Assembly: GCF_040564635.1 (NCBI RefSeq)
Contig: NZ_CP159837.1
Location: 35,801-99,800, forward strand
Source: Planktothricoides raciborskii GIHE-MW2
GTDB taxonomy: Bacteria > Cyanobacteriota > Cyanobacteriia > Cyanobacteriales > Laspinemataceae
Direction of reading: 5' to 3'
Length of the DNA: 64,000 nucleotides
Of the stretch, positions 18,483 through 27,848 are shown piece after piece; the stretch's first letter is position 1, and every line of letters begins with the position of its first letter. Made by a program: the position numbers and the translations under genes. The notes under the pieces were generated by a model. That model was not told the origin of the DNA, did not search any database, and worked only from the letters and a program-made list of their open reading frames with translations.

Positions 18483-20477
18483 TTATTTTTGCCAATCTTC
18501 TAAAGCCGCGATCGCAAAACTGGCGGCTGGATGACTTAACAATTGTTCTAATGCCGCAGTTCCCCCGGATTTTAAGGCGCTGAGAATTCGTTGCATTAAA
18601 GTGGGGTTATTTTCGATTGCTTCAATTGCCTTAGTTGCGATCGTCATTTTGCCCGTCGTGGTATCTGTTGGATAAGTTTTTTCCAACTGTTCTAGTAATT
18701 TTTGAATTTCGGGGGCGGCTGTCGCTAAATCTTGCTTTTGTTCCGGGGCGTATTGATTCACATCTCGGCCAACATTTTCAATGATAGTGCCTTGGTTGTC
18801 TGTGATATTTCGGTTATCTTCGTGATAGCTGTTAGTGGTGATATGACGATCGCCAGACATATTCTGATCTCCTTGGTTTTGATTATGAATATTGATCTCA
18901 GGAATTTGGTGCTTAGTTACTAAAATTTCCTTTAATAATTCAATTGTTGCTTTGTTTTCTTCAAGTCTAGCATCTTTATCTGCTAATAATTGTGATATTT
19001 GTTCCGGGGGTAATGACTGCACATATTCTAGGTTAGCAAAATAACCCTGATTCAAAGCAGCAACATCGCTTTGGGGTGAAGTTTCCGCTCGAATCAGCAA
19101 CTTATCCTTATTTTTACCTTTTTTCTCCATCGAGACTACTTCGATTTCAGCCTCTGGGTTGTCGTCTTTCAATTTTTGTAGCGCAATGGCCACCAGTCGC
19201 ATATCAACGGACTGGTTATGATACAAATCCAGCGTTTCCCGCATGGGGGCGATAAAGTCGATAAATTCCCCATCTTCAAAGTTTTTCTTCCTATCGTCAG
19301 GTTTGCGTCGCGAGTCGATGTCGCGGCTTTCTTCCGGTGGCAGGGCAATAAACCAGGGGCGGTCTTTGGGGGGTAAACGCATAAACACATAATCGCAGCG
19401 AATGCCCTTCAGTTTGGTGGTGGTGGTAATGTTCCACTCCTCAATATATGCACCAGTGAGAGTGGCTCCCGTGAGGTCGGCATCATCAAGCTGGGCATGA
19501 ACTAATCGAGCATCCGTAAGGTCGGCATCTTGCAAGTTGGCATCGTTAAGGTTGGCTTCAATAAAGCTGGCATTTTTTAGGTTAGCGCCTTGGAGGTTAA
19601 CACCCTGGAGGTTGAGACGATCGCATTTTTGATTTTCCCCGTTTGTTGTTCTCACCAGTTCTCTGGCTTGTGGTTGGCTGAGATAGGTTTCTCCTGGCCG
19701 AACTCGGTCTAATTTAATCGCATCTTTCCAGCGCGTCTGAGTTAAATTGGCTTTTCTCAAGTCGGTACTTTTGAGGGTGGCATTGATAAAATCGGCATCG
19801 GTCAGGTTTGCCCCTCGGAAACTGGTGCCGCCAATCGCCGCAAACGCCATCGCCGCCGAACGAATCCAAGCATCTCTGGGGTCTCCTTTCAGCGCCCGCC
19901 AACTTAGACAGATATTAAAAATAGTCAAGGCTCCGGCGAAGGCTCCGGCGACGGCGAAGGCGACGGCGACGGCGAAGGCGACGGCGAAGGCGACGGCGAA
20001 AGGTCCGGCTCCGGCGGCGGCTCCGGCGAGGGCTCCGGCGAAGGAGAAGGCGAAGGACAAGGCTCCGGCGACGGCGATAAATCCAAATCCCGCTAAAGTT
20101 CCTTTGCGAATCGTGATGAGGCAGAAAGTCACCCAGATCGCCAGTGATATCCAACCAGCCACAACGTATTCGCTTGAACTATCGAATATCAATGACACAA
20201 AATAGCCCAAGAATACTGACAAAAATCCAGAGAAAGCAGAAAGCAACCAAGATGCCAGTACCAAGTCCACTGCCCATCGTTTTTGGAGTCCTGCTTTCGC
20301 CCCGACAAACTTGGCTCCAGTTAAGGTCGCATTGGTGAAGTTAGCCCCTCGGATATCCGCCTCACTGAAATCTGCCCCAGAGAGGTCTTTGCCTTTGAAA
20401 GACTGACCTCGGAGGTTTTCCCCGCGAAAATCTCTCCGACCATCTGCATAGCGTCGTAATAGTTCCTTGGCTTTCAT
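18483..20477 (-). CDS. Pentapeptide-repeat protein with a central membrane/Ala-rich segment and a C-terminal coiled-coil domain.
   Basis: 664 aa. A(D/N)LxG-type pentapeptide repeats occur at the N-terminus and again after the TM region. The Ala/Gly tract is encoded by GGCGACGGCGAAGGC-type repeats at 19920-20060. Antisense ORFs 19747-20205 and 19915-20154 are artefacts. Confidence 0.85.
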   Translation of the reverse strand: MKAKELLRRYADGRRDFRGENLRGQSFKGKDLSGADFSEADIRGANFTNATLTGAKFVGAKAGLQKRWAVDLVLASWLLSAFSGFLSVFLGYFVSLIFDSSSEYVVAGWISLAIWVTFCLITIRKGTLAGFGFIAVAGALSFAFSFAGALAGAAAGAGPFAVAFAVAFAVAVAFAVAGAFAGALTIFNICLSWRALKGDPRDAWIRSAAMAFAAIGGTSFRGANLTDADFINATLKSTDLRKANLTQTRWKDAIKLDRVRPGETYLSQPQARELVRTTNGENQKCDRLNLQGVNLQGANLKNASFIEANLNDANLQDADLTDARLVHAQLDDADLTGATLTGAYIEEWNITTTTKLKGIRCDYVFMRLPPKDRPWFIALPPEESRDIDSRRKPDDRKKNFEDGEFIDFIAPMRETLDLYHNQSVDMRLVAIALQKLKDDNPEAEIEVVSMEKKGKNKDKLLIRAETSPQSDVAALNQGYFANLEYVQSLPPEQISQLLADKDARLEENKATIELLKEILVTKHQIPEINIHNQNQGDQNMSGDRHITTNSYHEDNRNITDNQGTIIENVGRDVNQYAPEQKQDLATAAPEIQKLLEQLEKTYPTDTTTGKMTIATKAIEAIENNPTLMQRILSALKSGGTAALEQLLSHPAASFAIAALEDWQK

Positions 20478-20832
20478 GGTGTTTTCTCAGTTTGTCGGAG
20501 GTGGAATCTCTATGGCGAATGTTGCCACTGGTATTTTAGCAACGAGAAATCAAAAATTATCCTTCGTCAGCCAAGGGATCTAAACCATTATGGTAGGGTT
20601 GACGTTTTGGTGGGGGCAGTCGTCACCTTTGACCTGTAAAAAATTTGCCATGATGGAATCTACTAATATAGTTTGGTTTCATTTATTGAGAAACTCGATT
20701 GGATGGATTACCACGCGGGAATGACGTTTTTTTACTCTGTACCTCATGGGTTTCTTGTTATAATCGCCTTCATCATATTAATCCCACCAATATCTGCCCT
20801 AGTATTCCAATCGTTAATCAGGAGAAACTCCA

Positions 20833-21060
20833 ATGGCAAGCAACATTTCTTTAGAAGAACAGATCGCCGCAGTCAAGGCAGCAATTATTGAATTTCAGAA
20901 ACAAATTGCGACCCCTGAACCAACCAATTGGCTAGAACAAATTACCGGATTTTTCAAGGATGAACCAGCCTTTGAGGAAGTCCTTGCTTATGGGCAAGCA
21001 ATTCCCCAAGGGGATGAGATTGTAATGGAATCTGAAGACGAGCGATCGCCATATTTTTAA
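20833..21060 (+). CDS. Small hypothetical protein (75 aa).
   Basis: ORF with a plausible RBS. No family assignment. Confidence 0.3.
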   Translation: MASNISLEEQIAAVKAAIIEFQKQIATPEPTNWLEQITGFFKDEPAFEEVLAYGQAIPQGDEIVMESEDERSPYF

Positions 21061-21202
21061 AGATTATTCAATGACTTGTAGCAAATCTTATGTCAAAAAA
21101 TTACAAGGATAAATTACTACCGTGACTTGGGAAATAGAATATACTGATGAATTTCAAGGGTGGTGGTAAATTCTGCAATAAACACAGCAGGATGATATTA
21201 TT

Positions 21203-21481
21203 GTGATTGTCCAATTACTAGAAGAAAAAGGGCCAAATTTACCTTTCCCGTATTCTTCTGGGGTGAATGGCTCAAAACATTCTCATTTAAGAGAATTACG
21301 CATTCAAAGTGGAGGCAAGCCTTTAAGAATTTTTTACGCTTTCGATCCGCGACGCACTGAAATCTTATTAATCGGAGGTGATAAAACTGGGGATAACCGA
21401 TTTTATGAAAAGTATGTGCTAATCGCCGATAGGCTATACGATGAATACCTTAAAGAACTACAGCAAGAGGGATTATTATGA
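21203..21481 (+). CDS. Type II toxin, RelE/HigB superfamily (Gp49-like).
   Basis: 92 aa. Reads LRELRIQSGGKPLRIFYAFDPRRTEILLIGGDKTGDNRFYEKYVLIADRLYDEY, the Gp49/HigB pattern. It lies upstream of the antitoxin with a 4-nt ATGA overlap. Confidence 0.8.
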   Translation: MIVQLLEEKGPNLPFPYSSGVNGSKHSHLRELRIQSGGKPLRIFYAFDPRRTEILLIGGDKTGDNRFYEKYVLIADRLYDEYLKELQQEGLL

Positions 21482-21759
21482 GCGGACATCATAAATTTAA
21501 TCAATTAATCGAAAACATTTCACCAGAGAGAAAAGCGAGGATTGCCCAGAAAAACGCCCGGATTCAGCAAGAGATGGCGTTAAATGAATTACAGCAAGCC
21601 TTTTTACAAAAGCAAACAGATATTTATATAAATCATTTGCGAGAAGTTATTGCACTCATGGGCGGTGAATTAATTATTAAAGCGAAGTTTCCCGATCGCG
21701 AAGTCACCATTAATAGTTTTAGTGAATTGCTGTCTGATAAAAGTTCAGATCGGACATGA
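21478..21759 (+). CDS. XRE-family HTH antitoxin partner of the Gp49-like toxin.
   Basis: 93 aa. The C-terminus reads IYINHLREVIALMGGELIIKAKFPDREVTIN, matching the conserved tail of HigA-type antitoxins paired with Gp49 toxins. Confidence 0.7.
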   Translation: MSGHHKFNQLIENISPERKARIAQKNARIQQEMALNELQQAFLQKQTDIYINHLREVIALMGGELIIKAKFPDREVTINSFSELLSDKSSDRT

Positions 21760-21814
21760 ATTTAGAACAGGTGCATTCCATGTTTTTCTGAGTTGCCTGG
21801 GTTTGTAGGGGCGA

Positions 21815-22195
21815 AGCATGACCGCCGATATTTATGATTCAAATATAGATTTAACTGCGGTCATGCTTCGCCCTTCTATGGCCAAATATTGATGCCAATC
21901 CCAAAAATTATCCGCGCAATTAATAAATTAGCTTGAAGCATTTGCGGCCAAATACAGCGGTTATTGTCCTAATTACAGAGGTTTTATGGATTCCCGCCGG
22001 AGTTTACCCCCGCGAAGGCGTGGGGCGGGAATGACAGTTGTTTTGTAATTCATAAATATGACAATTGCTATATTGATGCCAATCCCAAAAATTATCCGCG
22101 CAATTAATAAATTAGGGCGAAGCATTTGCGGCTAAATATTGATGCCAATCCCAAAAATTATCCGCGCAAATGCTTCGCCCCTACGGATAATCTCA
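21815..22195. repeat. Repeat cluster. It contains a 17-bp perfect inverted repeat (GGGCGAAGCATGACCGC...GCGGTCATGCTTCGCCC), three copies of ~45-bp TTGATGCCAATCCCAAAAATTATCCGCGCAATTAATAAATTAG, and GGGCGAAGCATT palindromes.
   Basis: Direct reading. Confidence 0.8.
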
Positions 22196-22196
22196 T

Positions 22197-24131
22197 TTAT
22201 GTTTCTGCCAAACCCACCCCCTGTTGTTGCAAATAATACGCCACTCTTTCCCGCAATTGATCCACGGTTAAATTTTTTGTCCAATATTCCACTAAACCAT
22301 GACCAAATGCCCAAGCATTCCGGTCAGGAGAGGCAGGATTTTCTAATAACAATGGCCAAATTGCCAGTAATTCAAAATTGACCTGATTATTGTCGTTACT
22401 TAATAACGTAAACAAGTCATAAGCCATTTGTAATTTACCAATTACCATCGGCAACTGTTCAATGGGAATTTTTTCTGCTAATAAATAGGCTAAGGTGGGA
22501 TTTCCGGTAGTTAATGTCGAAATAAATTGCAATACCGGACTTTTTAATAAAGCGGTTAGCCCTTGGGTGGTGGACATTTGAAATGTGTAGCGATCGATGA
22601 TTTTGGCGGCGGCAATGGTACGAGTTTCTAAGTCTCGGAAAAACCGGGCTAACCGTAATTGTTTGACCGGCGCGATCGCCTCTATCAAACTTAAAGATAG
22701 GCTGTCAATATTCCACCCTTGCCGATCGCTTTTCGGGTCAAAACTGACCACCGGCAACACCCGATCGCAGAATTCTCCTAACATTTCCGTGCGATATTCT
22801 GTGGCTTCTCGGATCGATTTTTCCTTCGGGCGATCGCCCCAAACCCAATCATAAGGGGGTTGCCATTCGCGAATTGGACGCAGGCGATCGACCTGAGTGA
22901 CAATTGCGATCGCGGGTAAATCTTGCACCTCTTTTTTAATATCCTTAAGAAAATCCACATCCATTTGCAAAGCGGGATCTAATGCCGGAGTCACCAGTAA
23001 TAATAAATCCGCATTATTAGCATATTCTAATACTTGGTCACGCAAGTCGGATTTATTCACTTGTTCATAACCGGGACTATCCCAAAGAGTCAGAGTTTCT
23101 CCGGTGTCCGTTTGCCAATGGTAACTTTGAATGCGATCGGTACTCGGCAACACATCCACTGCGGCTAATTCTGCCTGAAATATGGTATTAATTAGACTAC
23201 TTTTCCCCGCCCCAGTTCTGCCTACTAATAAAATATTCACCGGCTTTTGCTCCACTTTTTCCGGGGGATCTGCTGCCGCCAAAATTTCTTGTAAAGTCTG
23301 CGTTTTTGCTTTCGGCAAACTAGGAGTAGATACCGCCAAATTTTCCCCTGGAAGTTGGTTGCCTCCGTAGAGTGCGATCGCCTGCCGACACAGGTTTCGC
23401 AGGGCTGCTTCCCGCACCATAAAACTCAAGTTTGCCAATAATTGCTGATTAGCTTGTTCGCTATATTTCTTACTAGCTACTCGCGCTGCCGCTGCTGCTG
23501 GGTTCACCAACCATTGTACCCACCCCCACGCTTGCATTAATTTGCGTGCCGAAGGTTCTAATTTGCGATAAATTTCATAAGCTTGATAAGCTTGCCCCAC
23601 AGTGACTTGATTCAGTACCGGGGATAATTGCTGCATCCACCGATCCATATCATCCACCGTCCCCCGAATTAAACCATAAGCTTGAGGCACATAAATATTC
23701 AGCAACGGGTATTTTACTGTTGGGTGATAAATATGGGCAACTGCTATCACCATGTCTTGACATTCTTGCCAAAAATTTTGCCAATCATCCCATATCGGGC
23801 GATCGCTTTGAGACTCTTTTAATATTTTTTGTAATGCCACTTCTGCTTTTTTGGCAGCATCATCCGCCCCTAGTTTTTGTTTAGTTTCCTCATTGATTAT
23901 TTCTATTTTTTCATTCATAGAAGCGATCGCTGCTTCTACCTCGTCAATTTGCGATCGCGTCCAGCGAACTATAAGCGATCGCCACCCCACTAAAACCAGA
24001 GTGACAACCCCCCAAATCCAATTAATCCCCCATTCGCTAATTTGGGTTCCTGCTGCTACTAGGAGAAACGTAATAATGAGGGCGATCGGGAGGGCTAAAA
24101 CCACCCACTGCCAAAGTTTTAAACGTACCAT
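22197..24131 (-). CDS. Membrane-anchored GTPase (MMR_HSR1/Era-like G domain, N-terminal 2 TM plus coiled coil).
   Basis: 644 aa. G1 is LVGRTGAGKSSLIN, G3 is DSPG, G4 is TQVD. Hydrophobic helices occur at residues ~8-50. Confidence 0.8.
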   Translation of the reverse strand: MVRLKLWQWVVLALPIALIITFLLVAAGTQISEWGINWIWGVVTLVLVGWRSLIVRWTRSQIDEVEAAIASMNEKIEIINEETKQKLGADDAAKKAEVALQKILKESQSDRPIWDDWQNFWQECQDMVIAVAHIYHPTVKYPLLNIYVPQAYGLIRGTVDDMDRWMQQLSPVLNQVTVGQAYQAYEIYRKLEPSARKLMQAWGWVQWLVNPAAAAARVASKKYSEQANQQLLANLSFMVREAALRNLCRQAIALYGGNQLPGENLAVSTPSLPKAKTQTLQEILAAADPPEKVEQKPVNILLVGRTGAGKSSLINTIFQAELAAVDVLPSTDRIQSYHWQTDTGETLTLWDSPGYEQVNKSDLRDQVLEYANNADLLLLVTPALDPALQMDVDFLKDIKKEVQDLPAIAIVTQVDRLRPIREWQPPYDWVWGDRPKEKSIREATEYRTEMLGEFCDRVLPVVSFDPKSDRQGWNIDSLSLSLIEAIAPVKQLRLARFFRDLETRTIAAAKIIDRYTFQMSTTQGLTALLKSPVLQFISTLTTGNPTLAYLLAEKIPIEQLPMVIGKLQMAYDLFTLLSNDNNQVNFELLAIWPLLLENPASPDRNAWAFGHGLVEYWTKNLTVDQLRERVAYYLQQQGVGLAET

Positions 24132-24274
24132 TGTTTAATAAACCGGGTTTGTGTAATAACTTTGCCATTATAACGAATTACGGTTTTTGATTTAGGGGCA
24201 ATATTGTATGATATACTGGATACAAAAGCTACCATATCTGAAGAATACATGATCATTTCGCGTTCGGGTGGAAG

Positions 24275-25423
24275 ATGAATAAATTGGAAAATATATCAGT
24301 AAAGGGTTTTCGCCGTCTTCACAATATTGACCTTGAGATGAGAAATCTCACCGTGATGATTGGCGCGAATGGATCCGGAAAAACTTCTTTTTTAGATGTT
24401 TTTTCCATCCTAGCTGCTTCCGCCAGTGGAAATTTACATCAACAATTACAACTAAAAGGCGGATTTCATGAAATTTTGACCAGAGGGAAAGCGCGAGAAT
24501 TAGAAATTTCCCTGGCAATGAACGTACCAGACAGAGAACCTTTAAAGTATCGTTTAGCCTTATCTCCGAAAGGTTTATCCTATGAAATTAGAGAAGAAAC
24601 TCTAACCCAACAGAGCGACATCTACGCCCCTGAACCTTTTAAATATATTCAATCCGATGGTTTAGACATTAAATATTTTAGTCAGGAAGATTCCCGAATC
24701 TTAAGACCAACTTGGGAACACAATCCCCTGGAAACTTCTCTTTCTCAAGTTCCAAAAATGTATCGCGAACCGGAAAATTTGCGAAAGAGTCTTGCTTCTT
24801 GTACCTATTATGGCGCACTGGATGTTTCCGAAAAAAGTCCGATTCGTTTACCTCAAGCAATGCGCCCTGCAAAATTGCCTGGTGCCAAAGGTGAAGACTT
24901 GGTTTCCTGTCTTTATGACCTGCGAGAAAGCGATCGCGATCGCTTCGAGTTTCTGGAAAATATTCTATCTGCTGCCTTTCCCGATTTTGAGCGATTAAAC
25001 TTTCCTCCGGTTGCCGCTGGAACTATTTCTATGACTTGGACAGATAGAAATTTTTCTCAACCAATTTATCTCCATGAATTATCAGAAGGAACCTTACGTT
25101 TTTTGTGGTTGGCAACGCTTATACAAAGTCAAAATTTAACTACAATCACCTTAATCGATGAACCAGAGGTGAGTTTGCATCCCGACCTTTTAAGACATTT
25201 AGTCTATTTAATGAGAGAAGCGGCAAAACACACACAACTAATCGTAGCTACCCACTCCGATCGACTGATTGGATTTCTAGAACCCCACGAAGTTTTGATT
25301 TGCGATCTCGAAGAAGGAGAAGCAAAAATGAACTGGGCTGATACACTTAATTTAAGTAAATGGTTAGAAGATTACAGCCTTGACCAAGTTTGGGCAATGA
25401 ATATCATGGGAGGTCGTCCATGA
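24275..25423 (+). CDS. ABC-type AAA_21-like ATPase (OLD/AbiL-like ATPase component).
   Basis: 382 aa. Walker A is GANGSGKTSFLD. Walker B and D-loop read ITLIDEPEVSLHPDLLRHL, followed by H-loop ATHSD. Confidence 0.85.
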   Translation: MNKLENISVKGFRRLHNIDLEMRNLTVMIGANGSGKTSFLDVFSILAASASGNLHQQLQLKGGFHEILTRGKARELEISLAMNVPDREPLKYRLALSPKGLSYEIREETLTQQSDIYAPEPFKYIQSDGLDIKYFSQEDSRILRPTWEHNPLETSLSQVPKMYREPENLRKSLASCTYYGALDVSEKSPIRLPQAMRPAKLPGAKGEDLVSCLYDLRESDRDRFEFLENILSAAFPDFERLNFPPVAAGTISMTWTDRNFSQPIYLHELSEGTLRFLWLATLIQSQNLTTITLIDEPEVSLHPDLLRHLVYLMREAAKHTQLIVATHSDRLIGFLEPHEVLICDLEEGEAKMNWADTLNLSKWLEDYSLDQVWAMNIMGGRP

Positions 25424-26035
25424 AAATTGCTATAAAAATTGCTATTTTGGTTGAAGGAGATACTGAAGTTGCATTTCGGGAAAAATTTCGGGATTTTCTG
25501 ACAAGTCATTTAGGGCAAAATATGCCCAAGCTGAAATTTATTCCCCAGCATGGTCGTATTCCCAAGGAAGGGAAAGCGTATGGTAGAAAATCTTTTAGAC
25601 AATGATGACTATGATGCTGTCATTGCCCTGACAGATGTTTACACAGGAACAAATGATTTTCAAAATGCGGCTGATGCTAAAGCTAAAATTACTAATTGGG
25701 TGGGAAACAACCCAAGATTTTATCCCCATACAGCATTACATGATTTTGAAGCATGGCTAATTCCTTACTGGGATACGATCCAAAAATTGGCCAAACATAA
25801 TCTTTCTGCTCCCAGTGGTTCCCCTGAAAGGGTGAATCACAATAACCCTCCTGCTGAGAGAATTAAAGATATTTTTAGAAGGGGAAAATGTAGCAGACAC
25901 TATAATAAACCCATTGATGGCAAAGCGATTTTAAAGAACAACGATTTAATGGATGCGATTCAAGCTTGTCCAGAGCTAAAAGCTTTTGTGAATCGAATTA
26001 TTTTTCTGTGCGATGAAACTAAAGTAATTCCTTGA
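25420..26035 (+). pseudogene. DUF4276-family gene partnered with the ATPase, interrupted by a +1 frameshift near 25550-25600.
   Basis: The start overlaps the upstream stop (ATGA). The N-terminal part MKIAIKIAILVEGDTEVAFREKFRDFLTSHL and the C-terminal part DYDAVIALTDVYTG...ALHDFEAWLIPYW...NHNNPPAERIKDIF are in different frames (track ORFs 25390-25605 and 25550-26035). Confidence 0.65.
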
Positions 26036-26043
26036 AGAAATCA

Positions 26044-26110
26044 ATAAACCGGGTTTCTGAGATAATTGTTGGATTGTCACCAAAATCTTTCAGAACAAAC
26101 CCGGTCTCTG
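26044..26110. repeat. GAAACCGGGTTTC palindromic element pair between convergent genes.
   Basis: aaaccgggtttctgag...cagaacaaacccggtctctg. Confidence 0.7.
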
Positions 26111-26243
26111 ATTGTATGAAGTACAGTCTAATTCTCAAAACGCCCGCATCCCTCCCTTCCCTGTTCCCCGTTCCCCGTTCCCAGGACGCGAAGCGAAGCG
26201 CTGTAAATTAATCCAGAAATTAATCCAGCAATTAATCCAGGAA

Positions 26244-27761
26244 TTAATCCAAAGGCCCAAAATACTCCGAGGTAAAATTGCCGTGCAATCCGTAAGGAAT
26301 ATGATAATTCAAATGCAAGCGGGCTACAGGTTCTTTATGCAAATTCCGCGCATCCAAAATCACTAAATCGGAACGATGATGGGCGGCATCATAGACTAAT
26401 ACTAACAGCCAGCCATCATCTTCTTTACTGCTGCCAGGACGGGGGACAAATACAGGTTCACCGACAAACCCACGGGGGGCAGCACTCCAAACTTGCTGTT
26501 CTCCGGTTTTTTGGTCAAGTTTCAGAATTGCTTGAAATGGGGCATTGCCACTATGATTGTGAGTGGTGCCAATATACAGATACCGATAGGAACGTCCCAC
26601 ATTATTAGGATTAATTTGCGGAAATTCACAGGCGCGAGTGGTTAAGATTTGATGCTCTACTTGATGCTCTACTTGGCTAGTTTCTAAGTTGGCTTGGAAA
26701 CGCCATAACTGTCCTGGAGGATATTGCTCAAAATCCACTTCCCGAAAATCAATATCCGGGTCTAAGGATGGGTAAGAGTCATAACAAATCGAGTCAATAA
26801 ATAGCCGCTCGCCTTCTTCCCAAGCATTGCCATGATGGAAGACAAAACAAGGCTCGGTTTCCAGTATTTTCACTTCTCCTTGGCCATTGCGGGGAATTAA
26901 AATCACTTTGGTTTTGGCTTCCCGGTTAAATTGAATACATTCCCCTGCACTCGACCAGCCTAAGATAAATTTTAGGGGATTGAAGCTAACTGGATTTTGG
27001 AAAAAGATACAGTAATTTTCCGTAATCGCCATATCATGCAAAAAGGCAAATCCAGGCAGAGAATGAGCTTGACGGCGGAGTAATTTTCCGTTCGGATTAA
27101 ATTCATAAATGGTAATCGTGGTGGATGGCCCTGCTTTGACGGAGAAATTCACCAAACAAGGGGCGCCGCCATCCATTGCACAACTGGGGTCAAACCGAGG
27201 ATGGGCGGCAAAAGGTTCCCCTGGTTGTAAAATTCCCCCTAGGTCATCAATGCCCAAGGTTTCTAACGTATTTGGATCGAGGCGATGGGGTCCTTCTGCT
27301 TCCCATAAGGCTAACAGTTTGTTGCCCCAATAAATAATATTGGTGTTGGCAATATTTTTCAGTTTTAAGTCAAATAAATTCGCCAGCCAGCCCCCTGGTT
27401 TTTGGGTGCCAAATACGCCGCGATAGAGAATTTTTCCGGCGGCTTGTTCTTTGACAAATCCTTCAGTGCGAACAAAGCGATTGCTAAAATAGGCTCGCCC
27501 ATTTTTAAAGGCAATTTTGACAATCATGCCATCCCCATCAAAGGGGTGGGCAATAGGCTGACCGTTGACATCACTTAATCCTGGGCCATTTCTAAATAAT
27601 GTGCCGTTGAGTTCTGGGGGAATTTGTCCCTCAATATTTTCAATCCAATAGTCGGTTTCTTGGGTTTGGGATTCGTAGCCTCTTTTCCAGTCTTGGCGAT
27701 TATAGGGTTTAATTTCTGTTTTGATGTTTTGGCTGGTGGTTAAACGGTCTTGAGTTTGCAT
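26244..27761 (-). CDS. Carotenoid cleavage oxygenase (apocarotenoid oxygenase, RPE65 family).
   Basis: 505 aa with conserved His-containing beta-propeller blades (FHHGNAWEE, HPRFDP, FAHDMAI-like segments). Confidence 0.9.
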   Translation of the reverse strand: MQTQDRLTTSQNIKTEIKPYNRQDWKRGYESQTQETDYWIENIEGQIPPELNGTLFRNGPGLSDVNGQPIAHPFDGDGMIVKIAFKNGRAYFSNRFVRTEGFVKEQAAGKILYRGVFGTQKPGGWLANLFDLKLKNIANTNIIYWGNKLLALWEAEGPHRLDPNTLETLGIDDLGGILQPGEPFAAHPRFDPSCAMDGGAPCLVNFSVKAGPSTTITIYEFNPNGKLLRRQAHSLPGFAFLHDMAITENYCIFFQNPVSFNPLKFILGWSSAGECIQFNREAKTKVILIPRNGQGEVKILETEPCFVFHHGNAWEEGERLFIDSICYDSYPSLDPDIDFREVDFEQYPPGQLWRFQANLETSQVEHQVEHQILTTRACEFPQINPNNVGRSYRYLYIGTTHNHSGNAPFQAILKLDQKTGEQQVWSAAPRGFVGEPVFVPRPGSSKEDDGWLLVLVYDAAHHRSDLVILDARNLHKEPVARLHLNYHIPYGLHGNFTSEYFGPLD

Positions 27762-27848
27762 GGTTGTGAGTTATGTTGTGTAAAAATAATCAAGGTGTAA
27801 CGGTTTTTCCTCGTTCCCATAATTAAGCTAGGAACGAGGAGTTGGGGA

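Noticed and set aside
19747-20205. ORFs 19747-20205 (+) and 19915-20154 (-), Ala/Lys-rich and Arg-rich
   Set aside because: They are alternative-frame translations of the GC-rich repeat tract inside the pentapeptide-repeat gene.
25390-25605. Treating 25390-25605 and 25550-26035 as two separate small genes
   Set aside because: Both halves match one protein family (DUF4276), in the N-to-C order expected of a single gene. A single frameshifted gene that starts at 25420, overlapping the upstream stop, explains them better.
26112-26366. ORF 26112-26366 (LIQKLIQQLIQELIQ)
   Set aside because: It is the translation of an AATTAATCCAGNA tandem repeat on the strand opposite to the carotenoid oxygenase 3' end.
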